Assembly: GCA_023129235.1 (NCBI GenBank)
Contig: JAGMCN010000034.1
Span: 1 to 38,015, forward strand
DNA length: 38,015 nt
Direction: 5' to 3'
From: a candidate division WOR-3 bacterium
GTDB lineage: Bacteria; Hydrothermota; UBA3073; JACQXS01
The notes beneath the pieces were generated by a model. It was not told the origin of the DNA. It did not search any database and saw only the letters and a list, made by a program, of their open reading frames with translations. Position 1 is the stretch's first letter. Each line of letters begins with the position of its first letter. Below are positions 35,987-38,015 of this stretch, one piece after another. The translations under genes and the position numbers were made by a program.

Positions 35987-38015
35987 ATGAAAACTTATGC
36001 TTATGGTTTCCCGCGATTAGGACAAAATCGGGAGTATAAAAAAAGTATAGAGAGCTTCTGGAAAAGAGAAACATCAAAGCAGGAGCTTGTTTCAAAAATC
36101 TTCCAATTAGAAAGAGAAATTATTGATAAATATGAGAACAGTGTGGATAAGTTCCCTGTAGGCGAGATGACTTTTTATGATAATATGCTGGACACAGCTT
36201 TGATGCTTGGACTTTATCCTTACAAAACTCTTGAAGAATATTATGACTTATGTTGGGGCAAAAGTGCTCTGGAGTTAAGTAAATGGTTCAATACAAACTA
36301 CCACTATCTTATACCTGAATTTCCTCAAGATTTCTCTCCCTCTCCACAAGATTCTGCGAATAAATTTAAACTATTATGGAATAAGCCGAAAGAAGCATTT
36401 GAACGATATAAAATTGGAGCGAAGCGGAAATCCCGTTCCGGCGGGAAGGGAATCCCCTATATGATAGGACCATTTACTTTTTTGAAATTAAGCAAGGGAC
36501 TTAAATCTAAAGATTTTGAAGACTCCCTGCTCGCATTAGGAGCAATATATAAAGAAATAATTAAAGATTTCCCGGAAGTCCACATTGACGAACCTGCTTT
36601 AGTTATGGAAATTTCACAGGTAGAACTCTCTTTATTTAAGCAAGTATATAATGAAATAGGGCATTCTTCTAAAATAAATCTCTTTACTTATTATGACTCT
36701 GTGGATTATTTAGAAATTCTATATAGTCTGCCCCTACAAGCTATTGGACTGGATTTTGTTCAGGGCAAAGCCAACTTAGATGAGATAAGAAAATACGGTT
36801 TCCCAGAAGATAAGGTTTTAATTGCCGGGATAGTTAATGGCAGAAATGTTTTGAGAGGCAATATCGAATACTATCTTGCTTTACTAAAAGAACTATCCGG
36901 TTATGCCAAAAATATTGAAATTTCAAATGCAGGACCTCTTTACCATTTACCCATATCAGTGAAGCAGGAAAAGTTTCCTCCAGAACTCTCGGGAAAGTTA
37001 GCTTTTGCCAATGAGAAACTGGAGGAGTTAAAAACTATCGGGAGAATGGTTGAAGAACGAGAACCCACACTCAAGAATTTAGAGGATTTTAAGCATAAAA
37101 TACCTCAGGATATTAAGAGATTAAAAGAAAAGGATTTTAAAAGAGCAGTCACTTTTCAGGAACGGAGAAAGATACAAAATAAGGTTTTAGATTTACCTCT
37201 TTTCCCTACAACAACTATAGGTAGCTTTCCTCAAACTCCCGATATTCGGAAAAAAAGAGCAGATTTCCGCACAGGCAAGATATCCAAGGAGGAGTATAAA
37301 TCCTTTATTAAGACAAAAATTGAGGAGTTAATTAAGCTTCAGGAAGATATAGGATTAGATGTTCTGGTGCATGGAGAATTTGAGCGAAGTGATATGATTG
37401 AGTTCTTCGCTGAAAAATTAGAAGGTATTACCACTACCAAGAATGGATGGATTATTTCTTATGGGACTCGGTGCTACCGTCCGCCTATTATTTATGACGA
37501 CGTGAAAAGGAAAGCACCTTTGACCCTGGAAGAGATAGCTTTTGCTCAGTCAATTACCAAAAAGCCTGTAAAAGCCATACTTACAGGACCTGTAACAATT
37601 GTTTCCTGGAGTTTTGTGCGGGATGATATACCCTTACCTTTAGTTGCTTATCAAATTAGTTTAGCCCTGCAGGAAGAAGTTAAGGACTTAGAAAAAGCAG
37701 GAATAAAAATCATTCAGATTGACGAGCCCGCTTTTAGGGAAAAAACACCCATTAAAAAAAGAGATTGGGAAACGTATTTTGATTGGGCTATAAAATCTTT
37801 CAGACTTGCCAGTTCTTTATCCTCGCCAGAGACTCAAATACATACTCATATGTGTTATTCAGAATTTGGCGAAATACTTGAGTATATTGAGAAAATGGAC
37901 TTTGACTGCATTACAATTGAGGCAAGTCGTAGCAGGGGAGATACTTTACAGTATTTCAAGGATATAAACTTTGAGCGGCAAATTGGTCCAGGAGTCTGGG
38001 ATGTTCATTCACCTG
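35987..38015 (+). CDS. metE: Cobalamin-independent methionine synthase, 3' end beyond the window
   Basis: Not in the ORF track because no stop is reached. Hand translation gives MKTYAYGFPRLG, KWFNTNYHY, IGPFTFLKLSK, PTTTIGSFPQT, VHGEFERSDM, QIDEPAFRE, HTHMCYSEF (Zn ligands) and IGPGVWDVHSP. Confidence 0.96.
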   Translation, partial: MKTYAYGFPRLGQNREYKKSIESFWKRETSKQELVSKIFQLEREIIDKYENSVDKFPVGEMTFYDNMLDTALMLGLYPYKTLEEYYDLCWGKSALELSKWFNTNYHYLIPEFPQDFSPSPQDSANKFKLLWNKPKEAFERYKIGAKRKSRSGGKGIPYMIGPFTFLKLSKGLKSKDFEDSLLALGAIYKEIIKDFPEVHIDEPALVMEISQVELSLFKQVYNEIGHSSKINLFTYYDSVDYLEILYSLPLQAIGLDFVQGKANLDEIRKYGFPEDKVLIAGIVNGRNVLRGNIEYYLALLKELSGYAKNIEISNAGPLYHLPISVKQEKFPPELSGKLAFANEKLEELKTIGRMVEEREPTLKNLEDFKHKIPQDIKRLKEKDFKRAVTFQERRKIQNKVLDLPLFPTTTIGSFPQTPDIRKKRADFRTGKISKEEYKSFIKTKIEELIKLQEDIGLDVLVHGEFERSDMIEFFAEKLEGITTTKNGWIISYGTRCYRPPIIYDDVKRKAPLTLEEIAFAQSITKKPVKAILTGPVTIVSWSFVRDDIPLPLVAYQISLALQEEVKDLEKAGIKIIQIDEPAFREKTPIKKRDWETYFDWAIKSFRLASSLSSPETQIHTHMCYSEFGEILEYIEKMDFDCITIEASRSRGDTLQYFKDINFERQIGPGVWDVHSP
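36413..36446 (+). repeat. Short GC-rich palindromic element in frame in metE
   Basis: ATTGGAGCGAAGCGGAAA-TCCCGT-TCCG-GCGGGA, encodes IGAKRKSRSGG within AT-rich flanks. Confidence 0.6.

Overview
AT-rich bacterial chromosomal window. Three secreted proteins ending in a GVEE linker plus a FlgD-Ig/T9SS-type-A-like C-terminal domain suggest an FCB-superphylum candidate lineage such as WOR-3 (inference only). It opens with the 3' part of tRNA-Arg(CCT), followed by an HsdR_N/DUF5655-like gene, nadE, mrdA (PBP2), a YitJ-type homocysteine methyltransferase/MTHFR fusion, four secreted proteins and a glycosyltransferase + GH130 pair. From about 14.8 to 35.9 kb lies a Wzx/Wzy-dependent polysaccharide locus. 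It contains a minimal SLBB export protein, wzc, a methyltransferase-cupin-perosamine synthase triad, wzx, a gmd pseudogene, wzy, glycosyltransferases, a pyruvyl transferase + FrhB-like Fe-S flavoprotein pair, intact gmd and fcl, and a wecA-like gene. metE starts at 35987, is missing from the ORF track and runs off the window end. The most unusual signal is a set of very short repeat families: a ~23-bp imperfect hairpin, GTAG-type REP-like palindromes, 7-nt-period microsatellites and periodic inverted repeats. Several copies sit in frame inside housekeeping genes (yitJ, metE, wecA, mrdA), and no transposase is present in the window. The polysaccharide locus also carries several deletion scars.
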